NCBI GenBank assembly: GCA_965205505.1
Contig: CBDBHB010000008.1
Coordinates: 928,001-992,000, forward strand
Direction of reading: 5' to 3'
From: Acidobacteriota bacterium
Lineage (GTDB): Bacteria > Acidobacteriota > UBA890 > WLXD01
Length of the DNA stretch: 64,000 nt
The translations under genes were made by a program, and so were the position numbers. The notes under the pieces are model-generated. The model saw only the letters and a program-made list of their open reading frames with translations, made no database searches and was not told the DNA's origin. The first letter of the stretch is position 1. The number at the start of each line of letters is the position of its first letter. Below, piece after piece: positions 1-10,026 of the stretch.

Positions 1-238
1 CCTCGGGCTCATCTACGATGTCGAGGCCGAGGAGGAGGATAGCCGTCTGCGCGTGAAGATGACCCTCACGTCGCCGATGTGCCCGGTCGGCCCACAGATC
101 ATGGGAGCGGTGCACACCACCTGCTTGCAGATGGAAGAGGTCGAGGACGTTGATATCCAGCTGGTTTGGACGCCGCCTTGGGACCCTCGTGCGATGGCGA
201 CCGAGGACGTCAAGATGATGCTCGGTATCTGGGACTGA
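1..238 (+). CDS. DUF59/MIP18 (SufT/PaaD-like) Fe-S cluster assembly protein, 5' partial
   Basis: Frame from base 2 reads LGLIYDV...MTLTSPMCPVG...VWTPPWDP, the DUF59 signature; runs off the window start. Confidence 0.9.
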   Translation, partial: LGLIYDVEAEEEDSRLRVKMTLTSPMCPVGPQIMGAVHTTCLQMEEVEDVDIQLVWTPPWDPRAMATEDVKMMLGIWD

Positions 239-367
239 CCACCGACCCACCGGAGACCTCAGGTGGGGATGCGGTCCAGATCGGGCCGAGACCCGGCCCA
301 ACGGCTGTGCTAATCTCAATTCGACGCTGCCGTTACCGTCTGCCGCACCGTCCCCAGGACCACGACC

Positions 368-916
368 GTGATTCGTTCCCGCGCCCTTGCGCTGTTTGCC
401 ATGATCCTGGCGGCAGCTCCGTTGCACGCGCAGGACTCACCGACCGCGGAAGAGGTGCTGTACGCGCTCCAGGACGTAAGCCTGACGCTCGATAGTCTGC
501 AGGTGCGCTCCACCCTGGCTACCGATGTCGGCGGCAGTGCCCTGTTGCAGCTGCGTGACGGAACGCTCATCGACGTTCGCCTCGCCGCCGCCGCGGATAG
601 CGGCTGGTCGGTGCAGGATATCTCGATGGTCGCCGGCAGCGGCGCTACATTCCGTAGCTGGACGCAAGGCTGGCGCGCCCGCGTGAACGCGGCGGAGAAC
701 TTCCTTGCCGGCGTCGCAACGGCCGGAACGCCGACTCGGACGGCCGAGGAACTGGCGACGCTTTCGTGGTTCGAGGATCCGGACCAAAGCACCCGTCTGT
801 GGGGCATGAACCCGGTGACCTACCGGATGATGCAGGCGCTGCAGATGATGCCAACGCTGCAGGGCCCGACGGGCGGCGGGACTCTCACCAACCCGGTACC
901 CCGTCAGCAGCAATAG
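368..916 (+). CDS. Secreted hypothetical protein
   Basis: 182 aa ORF with Sec-type signal (RSRALALFAMILAAAPLHA|QD); no family recognised. Confidence 0.7.
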   Translation: MIRSRALALFAMILAAAPLHAQDSPTAEEVLYALQDVSLTLDSLQVRSTLATDVGGSALLQLRDGTLIDVRLAAAADSGWSVQDISMVAGSGATFRSWTQGWRARVNAAENFLAGVATAGTPTRTAEELATLSWFEDPDQSTRLWGMNPVTYRMMQALQMMPTLQGPTGGGTLTNPVPRQQQ

Positions 917-936
917 CTCCGCGGCTGGCCCCAACT

Positions 937-978
937 CGCCGCAACCAGGCCCGCCACACTTCTGCCACGGCCTGCTAG
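937..978 (-). repeat. CTAG-repeat family copy overlapping the alr stop codon
   Basis: Minus strand CTAGCAGGCCGTGGCAGAAGTGTGGCGGGCCTGGTTGCGGCG aligns without gaps to the copy at 59785-59826. Confidence 0.8.
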
Positions 979-2282
979 AACCTCCGGCGACGGCCGCCCT
1001 CCCGGCTCCGCGGCAAGTCCGAGCTCAGCTGGATGTGGACACGATAATCGGACATCTGGGCCCAGTCCGCCACCATCTCCGCCATCGGCATTCCCATGCT
1101 CGGATCCCGCGCTTCCGGTCCCGGTTCAGCGCCGAACGCGGCAGCCTCGTCGCCCGTTGCAATCATCACGGCCAGCTCGCCTGGCTGGACTTCCAGCCGC
1201 TCGGGGATGCGCACCATGCAGTGATTGGAGCTCATCTCGCCGACGAACGGACACCGCGTGCCACGAATCCACACGTGTCCGCCGCCCACCACCGCCTCCG
1301 GTGGATACCCGTCCGAGTAGCCGATCGGTAGCAAGGCGATAGTCTGCGGCGTCTCGGCCACATACACGCGGTGGTATCCCACCGACTCGCCCTGCCGAAG
1401 CCTCTTCACGCTGACCACCCGAGCGCGAAGCCCAAGCACCGGCTTGAGCCCCAGATCGGGCTCGCGGTCGCGCGCCGCGCGCGACGGATAGTGACCGTAC
1501 AAGAGAATCCCGGGTCGCACCATGTCGAGGTGCGCATCGCGCATCTCCAGGAGCGCTGCGCTGCTGGCCGCATGGCGCCGTCCGATGTCGATTCCCTCGG
1601 CGACAGCGCGCTCGCAGATCTCGTTGAGACGCCCCAGTTGCACCCGATCGAAGTCGGCATCCTCGGCGAAGGCGGTGCTCACCCCGGCGATGCGCACCCG
1701 CGATCGGCCGCCGATATACCTGAGCAGCTCGGAAGCCTCACGCCAGGGCACCCCGACCCGACCGAGGCCAGTGTCGATATGCACATGAACCACCGCCTCC
1801 GACTGCTGCATGGCGGCTCCCGCCACCAGATCCGACACCGCATCGCGTGAATCGACCATCTGCTCGAGCCGATGCTCGATAATCAGCTCGGCCCCCGGAC
1901 CGAACACGCGTCCGAAGTGCAGGATCGGTGTCTCGATCTCGGCGTCGCGCAGCGCCACTGCTTCCTGAGTATTGGCCACCATGAAGGCCTCGACTCCGGC
2001 GGCAGCGAGCGTCTGGGCAACGGGCACGAGACCGTGTCCGTAGGCGTCGGCCTTCACCACGGCCATCACCGGCAAGCCGTTGGCACGCTCGCGAACGAGC
2101 GCCAGATTGGCGTTCAGGTTGGCCACGTTGACGCCCACCCAAGCATCGAAGCGGCGACCCCGAGCGCCGCGCGAGAACCCGAACTGCCGGGACGTGGACG
2201 GCGACGCAAGCCCGGCGCGCCCAGTAACCAGTCCCGCGCCTACGGCGCCAACTCCGGACCAAAGCAGGTCACGCCGCTTCAC
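975..2282 (-). CDS. alr: Alanine racemase family PLP enzyme with twin-arginine signal
   Basis: AVVKADAYGHG PLP-lysine motif, IDTGLGRVG, MVRPGILLYG, PIGYSDGY; N-terminus MKRRDLLWSGVGAVGAG. Confidence 0.9.
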   Translation of the reverse strand: MKRRDLLWSGVGAVGAGLVTGRAGLASPSTSRQFGFSRGARGRRFDAWVGVNVANLNANLALVRERANGLPVMAVVKADAYGHGLVPVAQTLAAAGVEAFMVANTQEAVALRDAEIETPILHFGRVFGPGAELIIEHRLEQMVDSRDAVSDLVAGAAMQQSEAVVHVHIDTGLGRVGVPWREASELLRYIGGRSRVRIAGVSTAFAEDADFDRVQLGRLNEICERAVAEGIDIGRRHAASSAALLEMRDAHLDMVRPGILLYGHYPSRAARDREPDLGLKPVLGLRARVVSVKRLRQGESVGYHRVYVAETPQTIALLPIGYSDGYPPEAVVGGGHVWIRGTRCPFVGEMSSNHCMVRIPERLEVQPGELAVMIATGDEAAAFGAEPGPEARDPSMGMPMAEMVADWAQMSDYRVHIQLSSDLPRSREGGRRRRF

Positions 2283-2317
2283 AGGCCACCTCCTGCCGCG
2301 CTCCGCACCACGGCGTG

Positions 2318-2645
2318 CTAGTGAACGAACCCGATGTCATCCGGATTCGGTATGCTGCCCTGGGGATCCTGAATGTCGCCGAACTGCTCTTCATATTTGC
2401 GCAGATTGTCGCTCAGCGCGCTGACGATGCGCTTGTAGTGCGACGGCGACACGATTACCCGCGACACCAGGTGCCCTCGCGGCCCCTCACCCGCCGGTGT
2501 GACCGAGAAGAAGTCGCAGACGAATTCCCTCCGCTGTATGGCTCACCGACATCAGGTTGGCGTAGCGACCCTTGAGGTCGTCGTCGGTTGCGGAGATCTG
2601 AACGTGCCCCTCCGATGTCGGAACGATGTCTTCCGGGTTATCCAT
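2318..2645 (-). CDS. DUF3467 family protein with one frameshift (probably a sequencing error)
   Basis: DDLKGRYANLMSVSHTAE then, after a shift near 2528, EFVCDFF...VSRVIVSPSHYKRIVSALSDNLRKYEEQFGDI...IGFVH*. Confidence 0.8.
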
Positions 2646-2851
2646 GCGTTTGCCTGCCCTAAGGAACCGAAGATCGAGAACAAATGCCACGGGCCGTGGA
2701 AAGTAGCCATACTAACGGCTCACCCCCGGCTGTCCACAGCAGCACCCGCCGCTTGGCGCGCCCGGACGTGGCCGCTATCATAGGCGGCTGCTGAGTCCGT
2801 GTGATCAGGCACTCCACCTCGGCAGGCTCGTTCGAGCCAGACGACCCAGGT

Positions 2852-2924
2852 GGGCGCATAACTCAGCGGCTAGAGTGCCATCCTCACACGGTGGAAGTCC
2901 CAGGTTCGAATCCCGGTGCGCCCA
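2852..2924 (+). tRNA. tRNA-Val(CAC), CCA not encoded
   Basis: Acceptor stem GGGCGCA/TGCGCCC, anticodon arm CCATC-CTCACAC-GGTGG, T-loop GGTTCGAATC. Confidence 0.96.
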
Positions 2925-3086
2925 CTCTCTCCAACCTCCTGTGGTCAAAGGGCTTCTCGCCTACGTCAGGTTCCCCCTCCGATTCCTCGGGGCGGCGGGC
3001 TGATCACGCCCCTGTCGCTCCAATCTGATTTGCATCAGACTGCTACGGCAGCATCAAGAAGTTCGAACATAGGTGAGAGGGCATCC

Positions 3087-5053
3087 ATGAAGAACCCCGC
3101 GGCCGACGCTAGAGACTTCGCGAGGCTGCGTTGGCTACTGGCCGTCGCCGTTGTCGGTGCGTGTGGCCCGGCAGACGGACCCGGTGGGCGGGCGGTGACC
3201 AATGCTGGGGTAGACGAGCCGTCATCGAGCACCGTGCAAATCTCTTCTGATTCGACGCCGTTGCCGCTCGACATGATGCTCTCCGGCAGCGATCTGGCAG
3301 CTCCGGTCGACAACGCCGGCTTCTATCCCCCCAGCGACGCCACACCGGCTCCGGCGCTTGCTGTGCGGCTTGCCATCGAGCAGACGCGGATGCTGTTTGA
3401 ACCCGAGATCCCGCAGCCGGTGTGCGATGGCTCGGCGGTCGAGCTGGGCGGGTCGTGCCGGGGTGGCCACGACAAGCGCCTGTTGCCCGCGTTCACTCTG
3501 GACTTGTTCACCGCCGGCGAAGTTCTCGCCGCGATTCAGATCGGCGAAATGCTTGGAGACGAACGCACCGGTGGTAGCCGGAGCTACTGGCACGTGATCC
3601 CGCAGTACGGGCGTGTGTGGCGACAGCCCGGCGATGGCGACTGGTCGCGCGCCGCCTTCGCCCTGATGTTGGTACATGACATGGAGAATCACGCCCATCA
3701 AGGCCTCGCGAGTTTTCTATACGCCGGTGGCGAGGTCACCGATCTGCGGTTTCAGTTTGTCCAGCAGACGGCGCCATTTAACATTCCGGTGCACTTCGTC
3801 GCCTGGGGCGCGGCGAAAGCGTCGTTCGAAGCGGTGGCATTCGGCAATCTCGAGGCCCGGCGAGCCCGGGTCGATTCAGAGTTGGCGGCGAGGTTGCCGC
3901 TGCGACCCTGGGGCGAGTTGGTGGCGGCGTTGGCGGACGAGGGTTTGCCAGAAGCAACGCTCGAGGGTTTTGGCGGCCTGCTTCCGGACGACTATGTGGT
4001 CGCCAAGGGCCCTGGTCCGCGACGGCGTTGTCTACCACCAGGGATCGCAGACCCCCTACGGGCCCTATCCGTATCCGCAGGAGATGCGGTTCGGGCCGCG
4101 ATCGGTGGCCAAGTCGGTTACGGTGCCCCTGGCGCTCGGTCGTCTGGCGCAAGTCTACGGTCCCTACGTGCTCGACCTTAAGATCGGCGACTACGTCGCC
4201 GGGCTGGATCCCGAGTACGACGAAGTGCGCTTCATCGACGCCGCCAACATGGCCACTGGCATGGGTGGCCATGGAAGCTCAGTTACCAGTCCTAACAGCA
4301 CCGGCGATGGCTACGTCGACGACACCTATGACGATTGGTACAACGGCGCGTTTTCGAACGCCGAGAAGATCACCAGCATCACCGAGAACGGCTCGCCGTA
4401 TCCCTGGGGAGCGGGGATCGTCATGCGCTATCGCGATCGCGACTTTCACCTGCTCGGCGCTGCGACCGACGGGTTCCTGAGGTCGGCCAGGGGCCCGGAC
4501 GCCGACATCTGGGAGATGCTCGAGGAGGAGGTCCTCGCACCCATCGGCATCCATCACGCGCCGATCGTAAGGACGCGCGAGGCCGATGGAGAGTTAGGTC
4601 TGCCCTGGTTTCATGCTGGCATCTACGTAACCCTCGACGACGTGGCCAAGATTTTCACCCTGTACCAGAACCTCGGCCAACACGACGGCGAGCAACTCCT
4701 GCACCGGGGGCTGGCCGCCCAGATCTTCAGCACCGAGGGCGCGATCACCAAGGAAACGGATCTCTCCGTCGCTGCCGCATTCGGCCCGACGCGCGCCAGT
4801 GCCGCTGGCAGCCGGCGAGGGACTCTACAAGATGGGTTTCCATCTCACGCCGCATGTCGATCTCGATGGCGGCGCGGTCGTTTACTTGCCGGGCGCCTTC
4901 GGCGCCGGCTCCAACCAGGTAATCATGTACCCGCAGGGTCTGATCTCGATTCGCATGGCCAAGGTATGGGACTGTAGCGAATGCCAGGGGCTCTCCGGTC
5001 CGGAAGGCACGATAGCGGCGGTCAATAGGTTGCTCGGCACGCTCGTGCGCTAG
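3087..5053 (+). CDS. Serine hydrolase (beta-lactamase/PBP fold) lipoprotein with two frameshifts
   Basis: Lipobox-like VVGAC; SxxK (RSVAKS); EEVLAPIGI; three overlapping ORFs join near 4008 and 4795. Confidence 0.75.
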
Positions 5054-5094
5054 CGCGGCCCTGTTGAGCTCGCTCGACTCGAAAGCTCCTCATC

Positions 5095-5230
5095 GGGTAC
5101 TGTCAAGTTAACTCGAAATCGGCAAAACAACGCGCGTGACCCGTAGGACTGGAAACCCCTGTTATTCGGGCGTTTGCGGTCTGGGCGAGGTGCCTAAGCG
5201 GGCAAGAATCAGCTTAACTTGACAGTACCC
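5095..5230. mobile_element. MITE-like element with 17 bp terminal inverted repeats (IS6-like ends)
   Basis: GGGTACTGTCAAGTTAA (5095-5111) and TTAACTTGACAGTACCC (5214-5230); no ORF inside. Confidence 0.85.
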
Positions 5231-5231
5231 A

Positions 5232-5378
5232 CCCGAGCACTCGCACGCCAAGCAGGGTCTGATGCGCGGCACGCTGAATCGCCAGCTTCTGGTGTCTCGG
5301 GAGCTGCCAATCGACCCTGCATGTCACGCTGCTATCGTAGGGGCGCTGCAGTCACCTGGCGCCGTCATGCTCTCGTGA
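5232..5378 (+). pseudogene. 3' remnant of a paralog of the HEXXH protein at 38532-39209
   Basis: PEHSHAKQGLMRGTLNRQLLVSRELPI vs PEHSHSQDGLLRGTLDRRLLLAQDLPL; begins at the MITE end. Confidence 0.75.
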
Positions 5379-5634
5379 AGTGCAGGTGGGGAGTCTGACG
5401 ATCTCGACAGGCTCCCCTGCCCGTAGCCCCCGTCGGTAGGCTCCGCCCCCGGCCCCCGCATGCTCAGCCAGCGGAGAAGCTCGTGTCACCGGTTCTCGTC
5501 TGGGGTGCTGGTGGGCTAGTAGGCCATGTAAGCGATGATACGGGCGTCTCGCGCGCAGCTGTAAGAAACCCCGATAGCCCTGCACTCACCATCGAGTGGC
5601 GCACTAGACCGCTCTCAAGCCAACTCGATGGAGG

Positions 5635-6648
5635 ATGGAAATGACCAAGCTGCGCAGTTGGATCCTGTTGTCCCTTGCCCTACCCACCATGGCCATTGCC
5701 AGTTCGGCCAGCCCGCTGTCGCACCAGGTGCCTCAGTACCGCGGCGAGGTCAACGCGATCCAGACGGACGTGTTGGTTCTGGACGACCAGGGACTGCCGA
5801 TGGTCGGTCTGACGTTGGACGACTTCGAGGTCTACGAGGACGGCGTCAGACAGCGGCTGTCCAGTGTAGAGATGATCGGTTCGCGCTCTGACGAGGCGAC
5901 GGTGGAGGTTACGCCACGCCGATTCGTCTTCGTCATCAACCGGCTGGGCGCCACGCCCGTATCGTTGGTGAAAGCCCGAAACGCGCTGGAGGGCTTTGTC
6001 ACGACCTTTCTGACCGACGACGATAAGGTCATGGTGGTCGACATCGGCTATACGGTCCGAGTGCTTCAACCATTCTGCGGCTCGAAGGACGCGACCATCC
6101 GCGACATTCGTAATCTCCCGCTCCTGCGCGTTGACTACCCGCATCACTCGCACTACGGCGAGCGATATGTCTTCGAGGCACTCGAGAGCCTTGGCGAAGC
6201 GCTCGGAGACGTTCCCGGCCGCAAGATCGTCATCTTGCTGTCAAACGAGCTGCACAGCCGGTATGGCGAAGACATCGACGACACGATCGATGCACTCAAT
6301 GAATCCAACAGCACCGTCTATTCGATCGACCTGGAACTCGTGTACCAGCGCGTGCGCCGTCGCTTATTCCAGCGTCACACTCGCTATGCAATCGAGGGTC
6401 TGTTCCCACTCGCCAATGAAACCGGCGGTCGCTACTTCTACAACCAAACGAGGTTCGAGCGTCCGGTTCGACGCATTGGCGAGGAAAACAGCAGCTACTA
6501 CCTGCTCACCTTCACGTCGAGCAATCGTGCGCTGGACGGCGAGTATCGGAAGCTGCAGGTAAAGGTCAAGCGGCCGGAAATGAAAGTCGTCGCGCGGCGC
6601 GGCTACGTAGCCCCAAGAGTCGACGAAGCCGGCCTTGCGGGCGGGTGA
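5635..6648 (+). CDS. VWA-domain protein (acidobacterial VWFA-related type), secreted
   Basis: Signal peptide; GLTLDDFEVYEDGVRQ, PGRKIVILLS, LANETGGRYF, YYLLTF, DGEYRKLQVKVKRP..ARRGY. Confidence 0.88.
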   Translation: MEMTKLRSWILLSLALPTMAIASSASPLSHQVPQYRGEVNAIQTDVLVLDDQGLPMVGLTLDDFEVYEDGVRQRLSSVEMIGSRSDEATVEVTPRRFVFVINRLGATPVSLVKARNALEGFVTTFLTDDDKVMVVDIGYTVRVLQPFCGSKDATIRDIRNLPLLRVDYPHHSHYGERYVFEALESLGEALGDVPGRKIVILLSNELHSRYGEDIDDTIDALNESNSTVYSIDLELVYQRVRRRLFQRHTRYAIEGLFPLANETGGRYFYNQTRFERPVRRIGEENSSYYLLTFTSSNRALDGEYRKLQVKVKRPEMKVVARRGYVAPRVDEAGLAGG

Positions 6649-6678
6649 GATCGGCAATGGAAGACACATCCTTCCGCG

Positions 6679-6989
6679 GGGTACTGTCAAGTTAAGTCGA
6701 TTATGGGGAGCTGAGGCCTCGTCGTGATGACTGTCGGCGGCCTTTGGTAATCCTCTGGTAAACGCCGCTCTGCGACGTCGTATCGTAGCGGCTGCGACGG
6801 CCTATTCAGCGTGTAACTTCAAGTAGCGTAAAGAGATACCCGTCTTCGCGCTGTTAGTGCTTTCTACGCTCGGCGGAAGTCACAGGTTCGAGTCCCGGGG
6901 CCCTGCTCCGCCCAAACGTGCCGTCTTTCGCCTCTATTTTTCGAGGTCGGTACGAACTGTGCCAGGCTGCCCGTTAACTTGACAGTACC
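6679..6989. mobile_element. Second element with the same inverted repeats, enclosing a tRNA fragment
   Basis: GGGTACTGTCAAGTTAA (6679-6695) and TTAACTTGACAGTACC (6974-6989); interior unrelated to the first copy. Confidence 0.8.
6871..6900 (+). repeat. Degenerate copy of the tRNA-Val 3' half (att-like)
   Basis: CGGCGGAAGTCACAGGTTCGAGTCCCGGGG vs tRNA 2889-2918 CGGTGGAAGTCCCAGGTTCGAATCCCGGTG, 26/30 identical. Confidence 0.75.
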
Positions 6990-7561
6990 GACTCGGCCAC
7001 GGTGGTGGAGGGTCTTGCCCTGCGCAGCGAGGCAGGTGGTACAACCTGGTTGATGGCGCCTGTCTTTACGTCGTAGACCAAGCCGGATACGACTAGCCGA
7101 TCGGGGGCACTGAGTGTGCCTCGGAGCCGTTCGACGTCGGATTGAACCGACTCCGCCGGATCAGCGATCGCCATTGCCGCTATCTCTTCAACGCTACGGT
7201 CGAGCCGTTCCGCCGCCTGCCGTTGAAGTTCCGGATTGGTGAAACGGCTCATCCCGCAATCAGTGTGATGCAGAATGACTAACTCCGTTTTCATCTTGCT
7301 GGGCCCTGGCATGTTGGCTGCCAGAACACCGAGGATGGCGAGATCTTCCAACACCGCAGGGGTTATCCTGCCGCCGGCGTTGCGCATGACGAGGACGTCG
7401 CCGAGCTCGAGGCCGAAGATGTGTGCCGGATCGACGCGGGCGTCGAGGCAAGTCAGGACGATCGTTGGCATGCGTGGTCGAATGGGGAGATCTCCTGCCT
7501 CGAACTGCTCGGCGAAGCTCCTGTTGCGATCCAGTAGCGTAGTGAATGAGTCGGAAATCAT
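6974..7561 (-). CDS. Beta-class carbonic anhydrase
   Basis: Zn motifs TCLDARV and HHTDCG, plus RNAGG; the stop codon lies inside the MITE inverted repeat. Confidence 0.9.
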   Translation of the reverse strand: MISDSFTTLLDRNRSFAEQFEAGDLPIRPRMPTIVLTCLDARVDPAHIFGLELGDVLVMRNAGGRITPAVLEDLAILGVLAANMPGPSKMKTELVILHHTDCGMSRFTNPELQRQAAERLDRSVEEIAAMAIADPAESVQSDVERLRGTLSAPDRLVVSGLVYDVKTGAINQVVPPASLRRARPSTTVAESVLSS

Positions 7562-7922
7562 CTCTCTCTCCTTGGTACGCGTGTCAGGCGCTGGACCGAG
7601 TGCGAACGGGTTGGTGAACGTGGGAGGCCGGCAGAAGGAGAAGCTTCCGCTGCTCTGCAGCTTCGCGCCAGTCTCGGCTGTCGTGGGCTAGCAAGGGTTC
7701 CCGCAATATCGGGTGACCGCGATCCCGCTCCCAGCCATCGAGATCGGGGACGGGCGTCAGGATCATCTTGGCCATGAAGGCGAGAGCCTGTAGCTTCGTG
7801 CCTGCCCTTAGGCCAGGATAGATCAGATCCGGCTGTGCGATGTACCGTCGGGCCGCCGTCTCGGAAAGACTCCGGCGGCCTGCCGGTGATCTCTTGAACG
7901 TGCCTCGGCGGGACCGCGGCGT

Positions 7923-8083
7923 GAGTACCGATTCGAAGGCTTCCGTTTCGAGATCGACTCCGGCTTGCTGTATGACGGGGGGGGGGGCGAGGTGGTGCTG
8001 CCGCCGCGAGCCCTGGCGGTGTTGGTGTGCTTTCTGGAGCGGCCCGGGAGCGTCCTGACGAAGCACGAGCTGCTCGCGTGTGT
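7923..8083 (+). pseudogene. Truncated OmpR/CadC-type winged-helix domain
   Basis: EYRFEGFRFEIDSGLLYDGGGGEVVLPPRALAVLVCFLERPGSVLTKHELLACV, cut by an IS21-like end. Confidence 0.7.
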
Positions 8084-8166
8084 ATTTCGGTGATGGTGAT
8101 CGCTCATTACGGAAACGTGATCAGCCATTACGGTTGATCGTGATCACCCATCGGAGCGAAGCGACG
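8079..8166. mobile_element. Isolated IS21-family-like terminal sequence
   Basis: TGTGTATTTCGGTGATGGTGATCGCTCATTACGG...GTGATCAGCCATTACGG...GTGATCACCCATCGGAGCGAAGCGACG: TG end with reiterated internal motifs. Confidence 0.6.
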
Positions 8167-8221
8167 GATAGGTTATCTCCTAGTGAGTGAAGCGTGCAGA
8201 GATGGTAGCCGTAGAGGCTGT

Positions 8222-8461
8222 GGAGCCTGTGCGACGGCTGGCATCGACCCGCCTGTGACGTTCCATTAGTTCCGAAGCCACTATGCCAGCGCCTACCTCA
8301 TGAACCGCGGATCGCCGACGGACTTGGCCGAACAGCTCGGCTATTCCGATACCAAGATGATCGAGGAGAACTACAAGCACTTGGTCGCACGATGGAGGTC
8401 GGAGCAGGTGCAGCGGACAGGCCGTCGCTCGGCATCAAGCGTGGCAAGGTGCGGCGAATGA
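8222..8461 (+). pseudogene. Tyrosine recombinase/integrase C-terminal remnant
   Basis: AGIDPPVTFH*FRSHYASAYLMNRGSPTDLAEQLGYSDTKMIEENYKHL matches the H-x-x-R...LGH...Y box, with an in-frame TAG. Confidence 0.8.
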
Positions 8462-8650
8462 GGAGACCGCGGTGAGCGTTGGACCGCTGCTGTTGGCTCT
8501 GGCACGCGAGTGTCTTGGGGGTTGGATTTAGTGATCAGGTGAAGATTGTTTGGGTGATGGTGCTTAGGGCGCGTACCATCTATCATCAGAGCTTGAAGAA
8601 ATGGAGCTGGATTTCGAGGCCTACACCTCGATCCTTGAGGAGACCTGACA

Positions 8651-9862
8651 ATGAAGAAGAGCGACCGCGAGCTGGGCATGAACCGGGAGATCAACCGTCG
8701 CGACTTGCTGAACGGAGCGAGCATCACGATCGCGGGAACGGTGCTCGCGCCGGGGGCCTCGGACGCTAGCACCGCTTGGATGGTGCCAAGTCCTCCACCC
8801 ATAGATGAACCTGTGCCAACAGGGGGTACCGGCCACTTCCTGTATGTAGCGACTCCTGGTATCAGAGATTATTTGGGCTATGGGGGTCACGGATTGCTGG
8901 TTTTTGATATAGACAACAATCACAAATTTGTAAAACGAATTAGCACCAGGGGGTTCCATGAAGATGGCAGCCCATCAAATGTCAAGGGCATTGATGTCAG
9001 CGTGCCGCTCAACAGTGTCTATATCACCACCTTGGAAGGTATGCAGCGAATAGATCTGAGTACGGAAGAGGTGCTGTGGGACATCGCTTTCGAGGGCGGC
9101 TGTGACCGTATGTCAATTTCACCTGATGGAATGACCATGTATTTGCCATCATTAGAAAAAGAGTTTTGGAATGTCGTTTATACCGAAACCGGTGATGTCA
9201 TTGCCAAGATCGTAGTAGATACCAGTGCACACAACACGATTTACGGTCCTTCAGGAACTCGAGCATATATGGCGGACTATAAATCTCCCTGGTTGTACGT
9301 TGCAGATACCAAAACGCACACAGTCGTACAGAAAATAGGCTTTTTTAGTGGAGCTGTTCGACCGTTTACCATCAAGAGCGACGAGTCGCTTGTGTTTGTG
9401 AACGTTGATGATTTGCTGGGATTTGAAGTGGGTGATTTGAAGACAGGAGAAAAGGTAGCGAGTGTTCGGGTCCAGGGTTGGGACAAAGGTCCCGTACAAC
9501 GACATGAAAATCCAAGTCACGGTATAGCTTTGAACCCAGATGAAACAGAGATATGGATTAGCGATGGCCACAATATGCGAATGCATGTTTTTAGCGCAGA
9601 AGCCCCTTATCAACAGCTCACCACCATTGCACTACGTGATATGCCGGGTTGGGTCACTTTTAGTATGGATGGTGAGTATGCCTATGCATCTAGTGGCGAA
9701 GTGATTCATGCCAAGACACGGAGAATTTTGTATTTGTTGCAAGATGACAATTACAATACCGTTTGCAGCGAAAAGATGATTGAGCTACATATGCAAGGCG
9801 GCACAGTAACCAAGGCAGGTGACCAATTTGGCTTGGGTAGATTGCATGTAGCAGGAGATTAG
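8651..9862 (+). CDS. YncE/YVTN-like beta-propeller with Tat signal; low-GC body
   Basis: Propeller repeats (SISPDG, HNTIYGPSG, HGIALNPDE, GWVTFSMDG); leader INRRDLL; visibly AT-richer after about 8790. Confidence 0.85.
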   Translation: MKKSDRELGMNREINRRDLLNGASITIAGTVLAPGASDASTAWMVPSPPPIDEPVPTGGTGHFLYVATPGIRDYLGYGGHGLLVFDIDNNHKFVKRISTRGFHEDGSPSNVKGIDVSVPLNSVYITTLEGMQRIDLSTEEVLWDIAFEGGCDRMSISPDGMTMYLPSLEKEFWNVVYTETGDVIAKIVVDTSAHNTIYGPSGTRAYMADYKSPWLYVADTKTHTVVQKIGFFSGAVRPFTIKSDESLVFVNVDDLLGFEVGDLKTGEKVASVRVQGWDKGPVQRHENPSHGIALNPDETEIWISDGHNMRMHVFSAEAPYQQLTTIALRDMPGWVTFSMDGEYAYASSGEVIHAKTRRILYLLQDDNYNTVCSEKMIELHMQGGTVTKAGDQFGLGRLHVAGD

Positions 9863-10026
9863 GGTTGAGTAGAAATTCGGGTATCCGTCTCAACCGCTAC
9901 ATGCCAGCAATTCAGAAAGCGTAGTTTCGAGTACGCCACGAGCTCGCCGTCCTCGATCGTGACCGCAGTAGCCAACGGGTTGCCGTCGTCCATCGTCACG
10001 ATGTCGCCGCCCCTGATCCCACTCCT

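Noticed and set aside
3087-5053. Antibiotic-resistance beta-lactamase
   Set aside because: Only the SxxK motif is clear; the long N-terminal domain and missing class-defining motifs point to a generic serine hydrolase.
5380-5620. Possible riboswitch or ncRNA upstream of the VWA gene
   Set aside because: A GC-rich hairpin is present but I recognise no consensus; an Rfam covariance search would be needed.
7977-7987. G11 tract as a phase-variation switch
   Set aside because: It lies in a truncated winged-helix remnant with no complete gene to switch.
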